Source: an uncultured bacterium
GTDB lineage: Bacteria > JAGOEH01
Direction of reading: 5' to 3'
Assembly: GCA_964632485.1 (NCBI GenBank)
Contig: CAZWDO010000018.1
Span: 1-64,000, forward strand
DNA: 64,000 nt
In this document: piece after piece, positions 1 to 10,492 of the stretch
Numbering within the stretch: position 1 is the stretch's first letter
How the letters are laid out: each line of letters starts with the position of its first letter
Program-made: the position numbers and the translations under genes
The notes under the pieces: generated by a model
The model's input: the letters and a program-made list of their open reading frames with translations, nothing else
The model's database searches: none
What the model was told of the DNA's origin: nothing

Positions 1-82
1 AAGCTAACTTTCATAATCCCAATGGATTATCGATTCAATGCGCTTGGAATATCCGATAGATCCTGCTAAAATCGATTTTTAC

Positions 83-111
83 TTGACAATAAAAGTATAT
101 TACCTTATATT
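83..111 (+). promoter_or_regulatory. sigma70-type promoter TTGACA-N17-TATATT
   Basis: TTGACA 83-88, 17-nt spacer, TATATT 106-111, upstream of the ORF at 301. Confidence 0.6.
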
Positions 112-300
112 TAAGCAACCACTATTATCGAAAAGGGATAAACATGGCGAACTTTAGAACCTACACCGCAATCGATATTTTTATTCAATCTCGCCAGTTC
201 AGTTTTATCTCTTCTATTCGGGTATTGGGTGGACCGGTTTTGAAAAACGGTTAATCATCAGACGCCCGCTGGAGAAAATCAGTAAACGAAAGGAAAAGAT

Positions 301-984
301 ATGCCTTGGGGCACACTGATCAATACAGCCGCCGTGCTTGTCGGCAGTCTGTTGGGACTTTTACTGCATCGTAGGTATCCCCAACGGATTAAAGAAATTG
401 TTTTTCAGGGTATCGGACTATTTACATTGATTATCGGCATGAGTATGGCGCTCAAGGCTGCCAATTTTCTGCAACTGGTATTCAGTATATTGTTGGGCGG
501 CATTTTGGGTGAAGGTTTGCGGTTGGATCAACGGATCGAATCATTGGGAGAGCGACTGAAAAAATTATTCCGTTCTCAAAACTCACGCTTTATCGATGGG
601 TTGGTAACGGCCTTTTTACTTTTTTGTGTCGGTTCAATGACGATTATCGGCGCGATTGATGAAGGATTGCGCGGTGACAGGACCCTGCTTTTAACCAAAT
701 CGCTGATGGACGGATTTAGTTCGATCGCCCTGGCATCCACTTTTGGCGGTGGAGTGGCCGTTTCCGCACTGTTCCTGTTTCTTTTCCAGAGTTCGATTAC
801 CCTTCTGGCCGGATATTTGGAAAATGTGTTTACTTCTTTTATGTTGATGCAAATAACCGCTATCGGCGGCGCGCTGATACTGGGCATTGGCATCAATCTG
901 CTGGAACTGCGTTCACTGCGGGTGATCAACCTTCTGCCGTCGCTGTTGATCGGGGTCATCCTGGCGTTGATCTTCCCGGGATAA
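301..984 (+). CDS. DUF554 family membrane protein (YdfK/YqgA-like)
   Basis: GTLINTAAVLVGSLLG N-terminus, LFCVGSMTIIG and KSLMDGFSS motifs, many hydrophobic segments; AAGGA RBS. Confidence 0.9.
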   Translation: MPWGTLINTAAVLVGSLLGLLLHRRYPQRIKEIVFQGIGLFTLIIGMSMALKAANFLQLVFSILLGGILGEGLRLDQRIESLGERLKKLFRSQNSRFIDGLVTAFLLFCVGSMTIIGAIDEGLRGDRTLLLTKSLMDGFSSIALASTFGGGVAVSALFLFLFQSSITLLAGYLENVFTSFMLMQITAIGGALILGIGINLLELRSLRVINLLPSLLIGVILALIFPG

Positions 985-999
985 AGATAAAATCAACGC

Positions 1000-2520
1000 T
1001 TATCTGAAATTTTTTAATTCAAGATGCTCAATCAGTTTTTCACCGCTCATCAGATAGAATTTTTCATACAAAATACGCATCACCTCATCCGCATAGTTAT
1101 GGGTTGATTTATCCAGCAGGTTATTTTTTTCTTTAATATCAGTAAAATAGCCTGGAGAAGTCCGGTCGATGCCCATAAAGAAAAAACCCTTATCGATTGC
1201 TGCCCGGCTGCTAATTGAATTATCATAAACCAATTCCCCCGATTCGGGAATCAGAATTCGCAGCATACCTTCCTGGCGCCGCACGACACCACTTTTTCCC
1301 ACGAGAAATGGCACTCCGTTCAGTCGTTCGACATTCATGCGGTCATCCAGAATCTGTCCGGCAATTATATAATCAACATTCAACGTACGACCCAAACGTT
1401 CAAGAGCGCTTTTCAATAAAATAGTTTGGGGAGTAATCGCCATTTCTTTAATGACGCGTTGAACGATTTCATCATCAATCAGACGGAAATCGCCCGAATA
1501 GGCAATTTTTTCCCTGAGCCGCCGGGAAATCAATTCTCCAACCCCGCCTTTGGTTTGATCCAGAAAATCGATGAAGGCAATGGTTACAATATTTTCCGGA
1601 GTAATAGGGTATTCCTTAATTTCAATGGGAACGGCAAACAAGTCTTTTGTAAAATTCACGCCCATTATGAGATTTGTCCGCGGCATGGTCTCAAAGAGAT
1701 CAAAATCGACGGCCATATTGAGCGAAAGGTTTTTACCCAGACGGAAGGTAAGTCCCGGGGTTAATGAGACAGGGTCATTGACTTGCGCTACTTCGGCCCT
1801 CAGCATGGCGCCGGCATATTCCAGGTAGATGCCGATGCGGGGATGAAGCTGATAATTCATAGAAATGACAAACGGAAACTGCGGGCAAGTGGTTCCCTGT
1901 GTATAATCAGCGGTGACTCCCTGGTATCCTTCGCCGATGCGAAAGATAGTCTGATCTTTGTGCATAAAACCATCTGAGAGGGGAAGGCGATAATAAGCCA
2001 GATTCAGAGCGAACGTTACCTGGTTGTATTGAAACGCCGTCTGATAACCCATCCAGAAAGCCAGTTTCCGCGCGCTATAGGGGCGAATAAAGGGATAGGA
2101 GAGCGCTAAAGGGTCTTCTTTAAAACCGGTAGGGAGAGTGGCCAAAACCTGAAAACTATTGGCCCAACTCGAAAATTTCAGAAAAGGGGGTATATATTTA
2201 AGTCCCAGAGAAAAATCTCCACTGCCGTAGCGAAAATTATCAATAACATCAACATAATAGGGGAAACTCAATTTTATATCCAAATCATTACGGAATCCAT
2301 AGACCAGCCCCCCACGGGTGGTCATATAATACTCACCCACATATTCCGGACGAAAATTATCCCGGGCATATTCCTGGTAAAGTGAAAGTCCCAACTTGCC
2401 CTTGCCAAGTCCCAGTGGAAGTATCCCTCGCAAATGCGAATACCCGCCATCGATTCCCCATGCGAAAACCGATAAATGCGCGAGAATGATCAGCCATATT
2501 ATATTAACAAAGCGCGTCAA
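1000..2520 (-). CDS. Exported protein: N-terminal putative outer-membrane beta-barrel fused to a CsgG/TolB-N/FlgO-like C-terminal domain
   Basis: Signal peptide; alternating aromatic beta-strand pattern in the N-half; IAFIDF...GELISRRLREKI...FRLID...LGRTLNVDYIIAGQI is typical of the CsgG/TolB-N fold; TTG start with AAGGAG RBS. Confidence 0.6.
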   Translation of the reverse strand: MTRFVNIIWLIILAHLSVFAWGIDGGYSHLRGILPLGLGKGKLGLSLYQEYARDNFRPEYVGEYYMTTRGGLVYGFRNDLDIKLSFPYYVDVIDNFRYGSGDFSLGLKYIPPFLKFSSWANSFQVLATLPTGFKEDPLALSYPFIRPYSARKLAFWMGYQTAFQYNQVTFALNLAYYRLPLSDGFMHKDQTIFRIGEGYQGVTADYTQGTTCPQFPFVISMNYQLHPRIGIYLEYAGAMLRAEVAQVNDPVSLTPGLTFRLGKNLSLNMAVDFDLFETMPRTNLIMGVNFTKDLFAVPIEIKEYPITPENIVTIAFIDFLDQTKGGVGELISRRLREKIAYSGDFRLIDDEIVQRVIKEMAITPQTILLKSALERLGRTLNVDYIIAGQILDDRMNVERLNGVPFLVGKSGVVRRQEGMLRILIPESGELVYDNSISSRAAIDKGFFFMGIDRTSPGYFTDIKEKNNLLDKSTHNYADEVMRILYEKFYLMSGEKLIEHLELKNFR

Positions 2521-2575
2521 CAGCGGGCTCCTTGTTGAAGGTTAAGTGCCAATGAGGTTCAGTTGATAAAATTAT

Positions 2576-2591
2576 TGCACAATTTGTGCCA
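2576..2591 (-). promoter_or_regulatory. sigma54 (-24/-12) promoter TGGCACAAATTGTGCA
   Basis: GG-N10-GC spacing with TGGCAC and TGCA, about 55 nt upstream of the 2520 start, in the intergenic gap. Confidence 0.7.
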
Positions 2592-2610
2592 AACCGACAA
2601 AAAAGCAACG

Positions 2611-2862
2611 CTATTTATGGCGCCGATAGATAAAGGCGAGCACTTCCGCCACAGCCTGATAGAGTGTTTCCGGAATGGGGTAGTCCAGTTCAAGAGGAAA
2701 CAACAAGGAAAGCAGCGCGGGGTCCTCATGGATGGGCACTCCATGAGTTTTAGCCAGTTCGATCATTTTCTCCGCGATCAAACCCTGGCCTTTGGCGCTT
2801 ATTTTGGGCGCGACATCCCGGGATGAATCGTATTTTAAGGCGACAGCTTTTTTTCGTTCCAT
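2611..2862 (-). CDS. FlhB C-terminal-domain-only protein (EscU/YscU/HrcU family, FlhX/YlqH-like)
   Basis: KAVALKY...APKISAKG.GLIAEKMIELAK.HGVPIHED...IPETLYQAVAEVLAFIY. Confidence 0.9.
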   Translation of the reverse strand: MERKKAVALKYDSSRDVAPKISAKGQGLIAEKMIELAKTHGVPIHEDPALLSLLFPLELDYPIPETLYQAVAEVLAFIYRRHK

Positions 2863-2873
2863 TAAATCCTCGT

Positions 2874-3926
2874 CTATACCTGGAAATCAATTTGACCGCC
2901 TTGCGACATTGCCGGCCAAAATTGTTGGGGAAGAGGAATTACATCACCCACTTCGGTTGTTATTTTCTGGAGAGGAATGGAAAGACCCGCCAATTTTTCG
3001 ATCAATTCATCGCTTGACAGGGATAAACGTTGCAGGAGTTCCTCATCAGGCGAACGAAATTTTAGCAGCAACGCCGCATCCGGACGATAAAAAAAGTGTG
3101 TTTCCAACCAGGTTTGATTCAGCGGGGTCTGAAAAATCAGATAGACGGTATCGGCCTCCCTGTTTTTGCGTTGAGCCATCCAGCCCTGCCGCCATTGTTC
3201 CGCTTCCCGGTAAAGCCAGGGGTAAAGCATGAAAGGTGAAATATCGAGACGGTTAAAAAGTTGGATACCCCAAATCGTTTGCCAGGATTGATGCCAGAGA
3301 GCAGCCAATTCTTTAGTTTCAGAACCCTCGCCACTATTTTTCATTAAACCTTGGCTCCACTCGAGTAATTGTCGAAAACCCACCAGATTTTTTTGGCCCT
3401 TATCCTCCGGCATCAAGGCCGTGACCCACCGATGGGGGAAAAGCAACGGTGTCTCGCCCCCGTCTCCTTCCAGTTGGGAGATCAGGGTTTGTTTATCCTC
3501 TGGGACCAATTCCTGCAGTAGATTCAGGAAACGGTCCAGTTCAAATTGTCCGGAAAGGAGTTGCCCCAGGGATTTCTGAAAAAAAGGATGCTGGAAGGGA
3601 GTATCCGTCAGCCATTGAGAGATTTGACGATTGATTTGTTGGTTGAAAAGATTATCAGTAGCGGTCAATTCGCCCTCGGTATCACCCGTCAGGGGATTAA
3701 GCAGTTGGAATATCAATTGAGGGAAATTCCCTTTAACACGGGCTATAACCGCTTGGCCGGGTTGCAGCGATACCTGAGAGAACGCGATCCAGCGTTTGTC
3801 TTTAACCTGGATAAGATAATGATTATCATCCAGGACCCGCACAATGGTTCCCCTCACGGTTTTACCCGGTAATAACATTGAAGCCGAAGATTTAGAAGAT
3901 GAGGAGGATGGAGGTATATTCACCAT
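2874..3926 (-). CDS. Putative FliK-like / YlqG-like flagellar protein
   Basis: N-terminal OB-like segment (GKTVRGTIV...LQPGQAVIARV), FliK-C-like end (LIEKLAGLSIPLQKI...IDFQV), directly upstream of the FlhB-C gene. Confidence 0.55.
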   Translation of the reverse strand: MVNIPPSSSSSKSSASMLLPGKTVRGTIVRVLDDNHYLIQVKDKRWIAFSQVSLQPGQAVIARVKGNFPQLIFQLLNPLTGDTEGELTATDNLFNQQINRQISQWLTDTPFQHPFFQKSLGQLLSGQFELDRFLNLLQELVPEDKQTLISQLEGDGGETPLLFPHRWVTALMPEDKGQKNLVGFRQLLEWSQGLMKNSGEGSETKELAALWHQSWQTIWGIQLFNRLDISPFMLYPWLYREAEQWRQGWMAQRKNREADTVYLIFQTPLNQTWLETHFFYRPDAALLLKFRSPDEELLQRLSLSSDELIEKLAGLSIPLQKITTEVGDVIPLPQQFWPAMSQGGQIDFQV

Positions 3927-4013
3927 GATTCCTTAGGGAGTTCGCGATGGCTCACATTTTCAATCCTGACAGCGGTCGGGCCCGGCGCAGGGATCCAGAG
4001 GGATATAATCTCC

Positions 4014-5408
4014 TCAGGATTTGGTTGGGGGGAGATGAATCGGTAATCCCAGAGCCATTTCTGCAGATTCGCGGACAATTTCAGATAAAGTCGGGTGAGC
4101 GATGCAGGTATGCGCCAGTTGTTGGACCGTGATCTGCTGACTCATGGCTAAGGCATAAAGCGCAATCAGTTCTGTTGCCTGGGCACCGACAATCTGAACG
4201 GCCAGGATTTGGCCGTTTTCCGGATTAAAGGTCAGTTTGAGTTTTCCCATGTAATCGTCAATAGCAATTGCCTTGCCAATAGCTTGATAAGGGAAAACGA
4301 CTGTTCGCGCGCCACTATCTTCAACTCGGGAGGGTCCAACAGCCGCAAATTGGGGGCTGGAATATATGCAGCGGGGGATCAAATTATAATCAATCGGGAG
4401 CTGACTTTGGTCTATCAAGTTTTCAAGGACATTCAAGGCTTCATCGGAAGCCGCGTGGGCCAGTTGAAGGGTAGGAATCATATCACCGATGGCCCAGACG
4501 TTTTCAATGCCCGTAGCCAGTTGAGCATCGGTTGTTACAAACCCCTTTTCGCAGCGCAACGAGAGGGATTGAACGGTTGTTTCATCAACAACAGGTTGAC
4601 GGCCAATGGCAACCAGAACCCGATCGACCTGCAAATTGGAGGATTGCGCTCCTTGCTTCAAGACAAGATTTGAATGGGTTTCATTATATTGAAGTTCTTC
4701 CAGCCGTGTATCAGTTAAAAAACGAATCTTCATCTTTTTTAGCTGAGCAGTCACCAGTTCCGCGAATTCGGGGTCTTCCAGGGGGAGGACATGGGGCATC
4801 ACTTCGATCACGCTTACTTCCACCCCTACCGCAGCGAAGATATAAGCGAATTCCAAACCGATAGCCCCGGCCCCGATTATAGCCAGACGCTCCGGCAAGT
4901 CTTTCATTAACAAAGCCTCATTGCTGGAAATAATACGATCACCGTCAAAAGGGATCCCCGGCAGCCCGCGGGGCTCGGAACCGGTGGCCAAAACCAGGTT
5001 TTTATAGGTGATTTCCTGCTCATCTTCCCCTGAACGGATACGAATTCTATATGGAGCGATCGCCTGGCCATATCCCTGAAAAACGGCCACCCCATTCTCA
5101 CGGAGCAGATAGCCGATGCTTTTCGCGAGCCGATCCGCCACACGGCGGCTTTTATCAATCAATTGCGGCCAGTTTATAGTCGGCAATATATCAAATATTT
5201 TATTCTGTACTCCTTTTTTCAGCTCCTGGTACAAATCAATATAATGGATAATGGATTTAGTGGGAATACAGCCGATATTCAGACAGGTTCCGCCCAGTTT
5301 GTCTTTTTCAACAAGAGCCGTACGCAGACCTTTTTGCGCGGCGCGAATAGCAGCGACGTAACCGCCCGGCCCCCCGCCGATAACCACGACATCAAATTCC
5401 TGAGGCAT
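4014..5408 (-). CDS. lpdA: Dihydrolipoyl dehydrogenase
   Basis: GGGPGGYVAAIRAAQ, GGTCLNIGCIP disulfide motif, GAGAIG, HPTLSE; ATG 5408 with AAGGAG RBS. Confidence 0.95.
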   Translation of the reverse strand: MPQEFDVVVIGGGPGGYVAAIRAAQKGLRTALVEKDKLGGTCLNIGCIPTKSIIHYIDLYQELKKGVQNKIFDILPTINWPQLIDKSRRVADRLAKSIGYLLRENGVAVFQGYGQAIAPYRIRIRSGEDEQEITYKNLVLATGSEPRGLPGIPFDGDRIISSNEALLMKDLPERLAIIGAGAIGLEFAYIFAAVGVEVSVIEVMPHVLPLEDPEFAELVTAQLKKMKIRFLTDTRLEELQYNETHSNLVLKQGAQSSNLQVDRVLVAIGRQPVVDETTVQSLSLRCEKGFVTTDAQLATGIENVWAIGDMIPTLQLAHAASDEALNVLENLIDQSQLPIDYNLIPRCIYSSPQFAAVGPSRVEDSGARTVVFPYQAIGKAIAIDDYMGKLKLTFNPENGQILAVQIVGAQATELIALYALAMSQQITVQQLAHTCIAHPTLSEIVRESAEMALGLPIHLPPTKS

Positions 5409-5429
5409 AACCAACTCCTTATAAAAACA

Positions 5430-6479
5430 TTATAAAGTCATTTTCTTTCGATGATAAACCGGCAAGGTATGTTTTCGGCTCCACCAACTGGCAAATTGGC
5501 GAGAAAACCAGTACCACAGATTTTGGCCTCCACGGCAATTCCGGCATACCGGGTGATGCAGTCGGCCGCTGGTGAAATCTTCACGCAAGCGTTCGGCTAA
5601 AGGAGAATCCAGAGCATCTTCCAGGCTATTCTGTCGCAGATCGCCCAGTACAATCTGGCCGTCAAAATCGTTGCAGCAGGGAACAACCCGACCATCCCAC
5701 AAAATTCCCAATTGATTGACTAAGGCATTACAACTGCCAAAATAAGCGGGATAATTTTTCTTCTCGCCCTGGGTTCCGCCAAAGGTCGTCACTTGTCTGG
5801 AAATTAAATGGATATGAGGCAATATTTCAACGGAATAAGCCTGATTGAACGTATAAGGCAAAGGTGGAAATCCCTTGTCTTTATCTATAGTCGCGCGGGA
5901 CCATTCTTCAAACTGGCGGTAAATAAAACGGAAACTATGGGTTACATAGCGATTGAGCGAGAGATCGCGGAAAATCTGCCAGGGAGTTTTTGAAAAAAAA
6001 TGGATATAAACATGCTGTTCCGATTTCCGCCGGTAATGTTGTTCGAGATAAGCAAGAATCCCCTGCCAATAATTCTCCCAATCCATCTGGGTCGGCGCTT
6101 TGAGACGAAAAGCCTCCGGACCGTAGGTTTGGAGGCTGATATGTAGTTCATCCAACGGGGAATCCAGTAACTGCTGGTTCATCTCCGGTGAAAATTTTCC
6201 CGCGTTGGTGTGGATAATGCTGTTCAACCCGAGCTGATGAATTTTATCCAGTAATTCAAACAGATAGGGAACCAGCAACGGTTCTCCCATCAGGAAAAGC
6301 ACGATCCGTTGTGATATATTCTTTTCCCTGATTTCATGGAGGACGCGTTCAGCCAGTTGTTGATCCATGATACCCTTCGGACGGCTCATAATGTCATAGG
6401 GACAAAAAGGGCAATGAAAATTACAGATATTGGTGATTTCCAGAAAAATATCGTAAACCCGCCGGGGTGGATGTATCAT
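5430..6479 (-). CDS. Radical SAM protein with SPASM/twitch domain
   Basis: CNFHCPFC (CxxxCxxC), GEPLL, C-terminal C...DGRVVPCC.D...LGDL...CRNC. Confidence 0.9.
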   Translation of the reverse strand: MIHPPRRVYDIFLEITNICNFHCPFCPYDIMSRPKGIMDQQLAERVLHEIREKNISQRIVLFLMGEPLLVPYLFELLDKIHQLGLNSIIHTNAGKFSPEMNQQLLDSPLDELHISLQTYGPEAFRLKAPTQMDWENYWQGILAYLEQHYRRKSEQHVYIHFFSKTPWQIFRDLSLNRYVTHSFRFIYRQFEEWSRATIDKDKGFPPLPYTFNQAYSVEILPHIHLISRQVTTFGGTQGEKKNYPAYFGSCNALVNQLGILWDGRVVPCCNDFDGQIVLGDLRQNSLEDALDSPLAERLREDFTSGRLHHPVCRNCRGGQNLWYWFSRQFASWWSRKHTLPVYHRKKMTL

Positions 6480-6482
6480 GGG

Positions 6483-7943
6483 TTATCGTTCCAACCAATA
6501 GTTGGGCGCTTCCCGGGTAATCGTAATATCATGGGGATGGTTTTCACGGAAAGAGGCATTGGAAATCTGGATAAACTCCCCGGTTTTACGGAGGGTTTCG
6601 ATATCTTTGGCGCCGCAATAGCCCATGCCGGCGCGCAATCCACCGATTAATTGATAGATATAGTCATTCACCGGACCTTTATAGGGCACACGTCCTTCAA
6701 TGCCTTCCGGGACAAATTTGGAGGATTCGACATCGCTCTGAAAATAACGGTCTTTCGAGCCTTTCTTCATCGCTTCGACGGACCCCATCCCACGATAGGT
6801 TTTGAATTTGCGTCCCTGATAGAGAATTGTTTCCCCAGGGCTTTCATCGGTACCAGCAAAAAGAAACCCGATCATAACGCAAGAAGCCCCGGCGGCCAGG
6901 GCTTTAGTGATATCGCCTGAGTACTTGATTCCGCCATCGGCGATAACTGGTATATCATAACGGTTCGCCACGTCAGCGCAATCCATGATCGCGCTGATTT
7001 GAGGAACACCGATACCGGCAATCACGCGGGTGGTGCAGATCGCGGAAGGGCCCATCCCCACTTTAATGGCATCCGCGCCGGCATCAATGAGAAATTGAGC
7101 CGCTTCTCCGGTCGCAATATTTCCGGCAATCACATCAACGGAGGGAAAACTTAGTTTTAATTTTTTGATGGCATCGAAAACCATTTGGGAATGGCCGTGG
7201 GCCGTATCGACCACCAGAACATCCACTCCGGCAGAGATCAATTCTGCCGCCCGTTCGGCGAAATCACCCGCCACACCCACCGCGGCGCCGCAAAGCAAAC
7301 GTCCTTGTTTGTCAATACTCGCCGCAGGATAATTCCGTTTCTTTAATATATCTTTTATCGTAATCAAACCTTTAAGATTAAAATCATGATCAACGACCAT
7401 CAGTTTTTCAATCTTATTGCGATGCAACAATTCCTTGGCTTCATCGGGCGAAACACCTTCCAGGGCAGTGATCAAATTATCCTTGGTCATTATATCTCGG
7501 ACCAAGGCCGTCAGTTTCGTTTCGAATCGCAGATCGCGGTTAGTCAGAATACCTGCCAGTTTTTGTCCTTCCACCACAGGGACACCGGAGATGTTATGCT
7601 CTTTCATCAAATTCAAGGTATCGGCGATTGTATCGTCTGGACCGACTGTGATGGGATTGCTAATCATCCCGCTTTCAAAGCGTTTAACCAGATGTACTTC
7701 TTTTTTTTGTTCCAGAATAGTTAAATTCTTATGAATAATACCAATGCCGCCTTCCAACGCAAGGGCAATCGCCATACGTGATTCTGAAACCGTATCCATC
7801 GCCGCGCTGAGAAGGGGGATATTCAATCTAATTTTCCGGGTCAATTGAGTTTTTACATTGGCATCTCCCGGTAATACGGAAGATTGACGGGGAATAAGCA
7901 ATACATCGTCAAAGGTAATCCCTTGTTTTAAAATCTTGGCCAT
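6483..7943 (-). CDS. guaB: IMP dehydrogenase with CBS pair
   Basis: [52 protein letters not shown] 7943 with AAGGAG RBS. Confidence 0.97.
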   Translation of the reverse strand: MAKILKQGITFDDVLLIPRQSSVLPGDANVKTQLTRKIRLNIPLLSAAMDTVSESRMAIALALEGGIGIIHKNLTILEQKKEVHLVKRFESGMISNPITVGPDDTIADTLNLMKEHNISGVPVVEGQKLAGILTNRDLRFETKLTALVRDIMTKDNLITALEGVSPDEAKELLHRNKIEKLMVVDHDFNLKGLITIKDILKKRNYPAASIDKQGRLLCGAAVGVAGDFAERAAELISAGVDVLVVDTAHGHSQMVFDAIKKLKLSFPSVDVIAGNIATGEAAQFLIDAGADAIKVGMGPSAICTTRVIAGIGVPQISAIMDCADVANRYDIPVIADGGIKYSGDITKALAAGASCVMIGFLFAGTDESPGETILYQGRKFKTYRGMGSVEAMKKGSKDRYFQSDVESSKFVPEGIEGRVPYKGPVNDYIYQLIGGLRAGMGYCGAKDIETLRKTGEFIQISNASFRENHPHDITITREAPNYWLER

Positions 7944-7954
7944 AAGGGCTCCTT

Positions 7955-8452
7955 TCAATGAGTAACCATGACATCAAAAGCTTGTTTTAATTTTGAATAC
8001 GTTTTGTCAAGGGCTTCGGAAATAACCCGCGTATCGCCCAGGACAGGCATAAAATTTGTATCACCGTTCCAGCGGGGAACAATATGCAAATGCAAATGAT
8101 CCACCAATCCGGCGCCGGCCGTGCGGCCGATATTATAGCCCAGATTGAAACCATGGGGATTGAAAAGCTGATTCATAAGTCGAACCACCATCTGGGAAAG
8201 CCGATCGATTTCAGCCAATGATGCCGCCGGCAACTCCTCAAAGATAACTCCATGCAAGATGGGAGCAATCATCAAATGTCCGTTGTTGTAGGGATAACGA
8301 TTCATAATAACCATAGCCGTTTCATTGCGATAGACAACCAGATTCCGGGCATCCTGCTCCTTGGGAGCTTGAAAAGCCGCGCAAATAAAACAAGCAGAGC
8401 AACTCGCTTTCTCAATATACTCCATGCGCCAGGGAGCCCATAATCGTTCCAT
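7955..8452 (-). CDS. HIT family hydrolase (Ap4A phosphorylase-like)
   Basis: LWAPWRMEYI, CFIC, NRYPYNNGHLM, HLHLHIVPRW.GDTNFM. Confidence 0.92.
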   Translation of the reverse strand: MERLWAPWRMEYIEKASCSACFICAAFQAPKEQDARNLVVYRNETAMVIMNRYPYNNGHLMIAPILHGVIFEELPAASLAEIDRLSQMVVRLMNQLFNPHGFNLGYNIGRTAGAGLVDHLHLHIVPRWNGDTNFMPVLGDTRVISEALDKTYSKLKQAFDVMVTH

Positions 8453-9291
8453 CAGCGTTCCTCTGCGGATGGCTGCCGAGTATCCGTATTTCGTTTCAAT
8501 AACCGGATAATCAGTTCGTTCTGATTGATCATCACGGCTAATTGATGTCGGATCATATCTAATTGCACCAGTTGATAGTTCTCCTCAATGTTGGGAATCT
8601 CCGCATAGTATTTCATCCGTTCCATAATGAACAACCGTTGATCTATCATTTTTTCAATCGCGTCATCTCCCATGTCTGATTCGTAATAAGTATGTTCCTG
8701 ACAAGGTGGTGGAATCAATTCTTTATCATAGGCCTCATCCTGAGCAATTCCCGATCCCTCCTCTGAATAGTGTCGATGTTCATTGGATGGAAGCTCTGTT
8801 GAAACATTTTCAATGCGATCTCCTCCGGTGGAGATGATCATTTCATCGCCAATTTTCGTTTCCTTTGGGGGAAAAACAGTGGGGGTTTCCGCGCCAATCT
8901 CGATATTCTTTTCCAGAACCGACGCAGGTTCAGGGGCGCTCTCCGCTGGATCTGAAATTTCAGATTTCCGGGAAGAAGAAACACGCGGTTTCCTGTGTTT
9001 ACGTTGAGTGGGATGGGGCGTAAGAAAAAAATCCGGCTCCGGAGCCAGGGCGCTTTCACCGGCCGGGTCTCCATCGCCTAAACCCTGCCCGGCCGCCGAC
9101 GTAGTTTCGGTGGGAATCACCTTTTCCAACAAATGGCGTAAAGCCTCCTGATTATTTTGTGAATCCGCTACTTCTTTCTGCCATTCCGGCGCCTGGGCCT
9201 GAAAACAGCTAAAACAAAGCTGGCCGGTATAACGGTCTTTAGAAAAAAGATTCAGGGATTGTCCACATATCTTACAATTTTCCAAATCCAT
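8452..9291 (-). CDS. Hypothetical protein with N-terminal CxxC-x16-CxxC zinc finger and acidic disordered middle
   Basis: CKIC...CFSC; P/E/S-rich centre; first gene of the HIT-guaB operon, 1-nt overlap with HIT; GGAG RBS. Confidence 0.7.
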   Translation of the reverse strand: MDLENCKICGQSLNLFSKDRYTGQLCFSCFQAQAPEWQKEVADSQNNQEALRHLLEKVIPTETTSAAGQGLGDGDPAGESALAPEPDFFLTPHPTQRKHRKPRVSSSRKSEISDPAESAPEPASVLEKNIEIGAETPTVFPPKETKIGDEMIISTGGDRIENVSTELPSNEHRHYSEEGSGIAQDEAYDKELIPPPCQEHTYYESDMGDDAIEKMIDQRLFIMERMKYYAEIPNIEENYQLVQLDMIRHQLAVMINQNELIIRLLKRNTDTRQPSAEER

Positions 9292-9323
9292 AGTATCTCC
9301 ACGTTAAAGAAGTTGTTGACCAA

Positions 9324-9352
9324 TATATATAAAAAAGTCCTGAATTTGTCAA
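9324..9352 (-). promoter_or_regulatory. sigma70-type promoter TTGACA-N17-TATATA
   Basis: Reverse-strand match about 30 nt upstream of the 9291 start. Confidence 0.55.
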
Positions 9353-9552
9353 TAAATTTTTTCCATTTTCTTTCTTCCAGCCGCATTTATTCACTAAGTT
9401 TTTTGTAGGTCCTTAGTTTGCTATGAATGAGTCCGATCCAAAAGAAACGACACGCCAGACCCTCCAACTATTCTCAGCAAAAAGAATGAGTCAATGGAAT
9501 AAAGCAACGGAACAAGCATAAAAAATTGAAAGTGAAAGACTGGAAAAATTGC

Positions 9553-9581
9553 TTGACTTTTGACCATATATTAGGTAATAT
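9553..9581 (+). promoter_or_regulatory. sigma70-type promoter TTGACT-N17-TAATAT
   Basis: Upstream of thioredoxin-TPR/dnaE; identical hexamers and spacing recur at 16967-16995. Confidence 0.55.
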
Positions 9582-9640
9582 AAATCGATGCCGGATTGTA
9601 GCTGTTCCGGCAAACCAAAATTATTCACAAGGAGAGCAAT

Positions 9641-10486
9641 ATGAATCGTCGTTGGTATCTATTTTTTTTATTAATGAGCAGCGCATTTCTTTTCAACCTC
9701 TGCGAAAAACCTCAGCCGACGGTTCAGAAATGGCACACCGATTACAGTCAACTCATACAGGAAGCGCAAAAAAACCAAAAGCCAATCGTGTTGAAGTTCT
9801 ATACCGATTGGTGCGTCTGGTGCAAAAAACTGGACAGCGTCACATTACAGGACAGCGCCGTCAAGGAATATTTAACAGGTTTTAATCTAGGCAGCTTCAA
9901 CGCCGAAAAGGATACAGCTCTGGCCCATCGTTATGGCATTATCGCTTTTCCGACTGTCGTTATTTGCAATTATCAGGGCCAGGAAATCGATCGGATTCAT
10001 TATGAAGAACCGGCGAATTTTATCCAGGTTATACAAGGCTATTTTGATAATAAAGGGACGCTGGACGCTATGTTGACAGCAGAAAAAGAGCGCCCCGATT
10101 CCGCCCAGCTTCTATTCGATATCGCAGATAAATACACCTATCGCAACCAACGGGATGTCGCTCAAACCTATTACGAAAAAATTATTCAAATTGATTCCGC
10201 CAATCAACTGAAACTAAAAGAGCAATCGGTTTTTCAAATTGCCTATATTTACCGAAAAAACAAAGAATATGATACAGCGATCGCATATTTCCAAAAATTT
10301 ATGGAACAATTTCCCCAATCAGAGCAGGCATCCGATGCGTATTACTATATCGGCTCCCTCACGGCCGACAAAGGAGATAGCGTCCAGGCGCTGGTATTAC
10401 TGAAAGACTGGTTAAAGCGTTATCCAGACTCTCCCGATACGGTTTATATCCGGGATAAAATAGCGAAACTCAGTCAGGGAGAATAA
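9641..10486 (+). CDS. Exported thioredoxin-fold protein with TPR repeats (possible lipoprotein)
   Basis: Signal peptide ending in Cys, FYTDWCVWCKKL active-site motif, FPT cis-Pro loop, C-terminal TPRs (AIAYFQKFMEQFPQS). Confidence 0.85.
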   Translation: MNRRWYLFFLLMSSAFLFNLCEKPQPTVQKWHTDYSQLIQEAQKNQKPIVLKFYTDWCVWCKKLDSVTLQDSAVKEYLTGFNLGSFNAEKDTALAHRYGIIAFPTVVICNYQGQEIDRIHYEEPANFIQVIQGYFDNKGTLDAMLTAEKERPDSAQLLFDIADKYTYRNQRDVAQTYYEKIIQIDSANQLKLKEQSVFQIAYIYRKNKEYDTAIAYFQKFMEQFPQSEQASDAYYYIGSLTADKGDSVQALVLLKDWLKRYPDSPDTVYIRDKIAKLSQGE

Positions 10487-10492
10487 AGCAGT

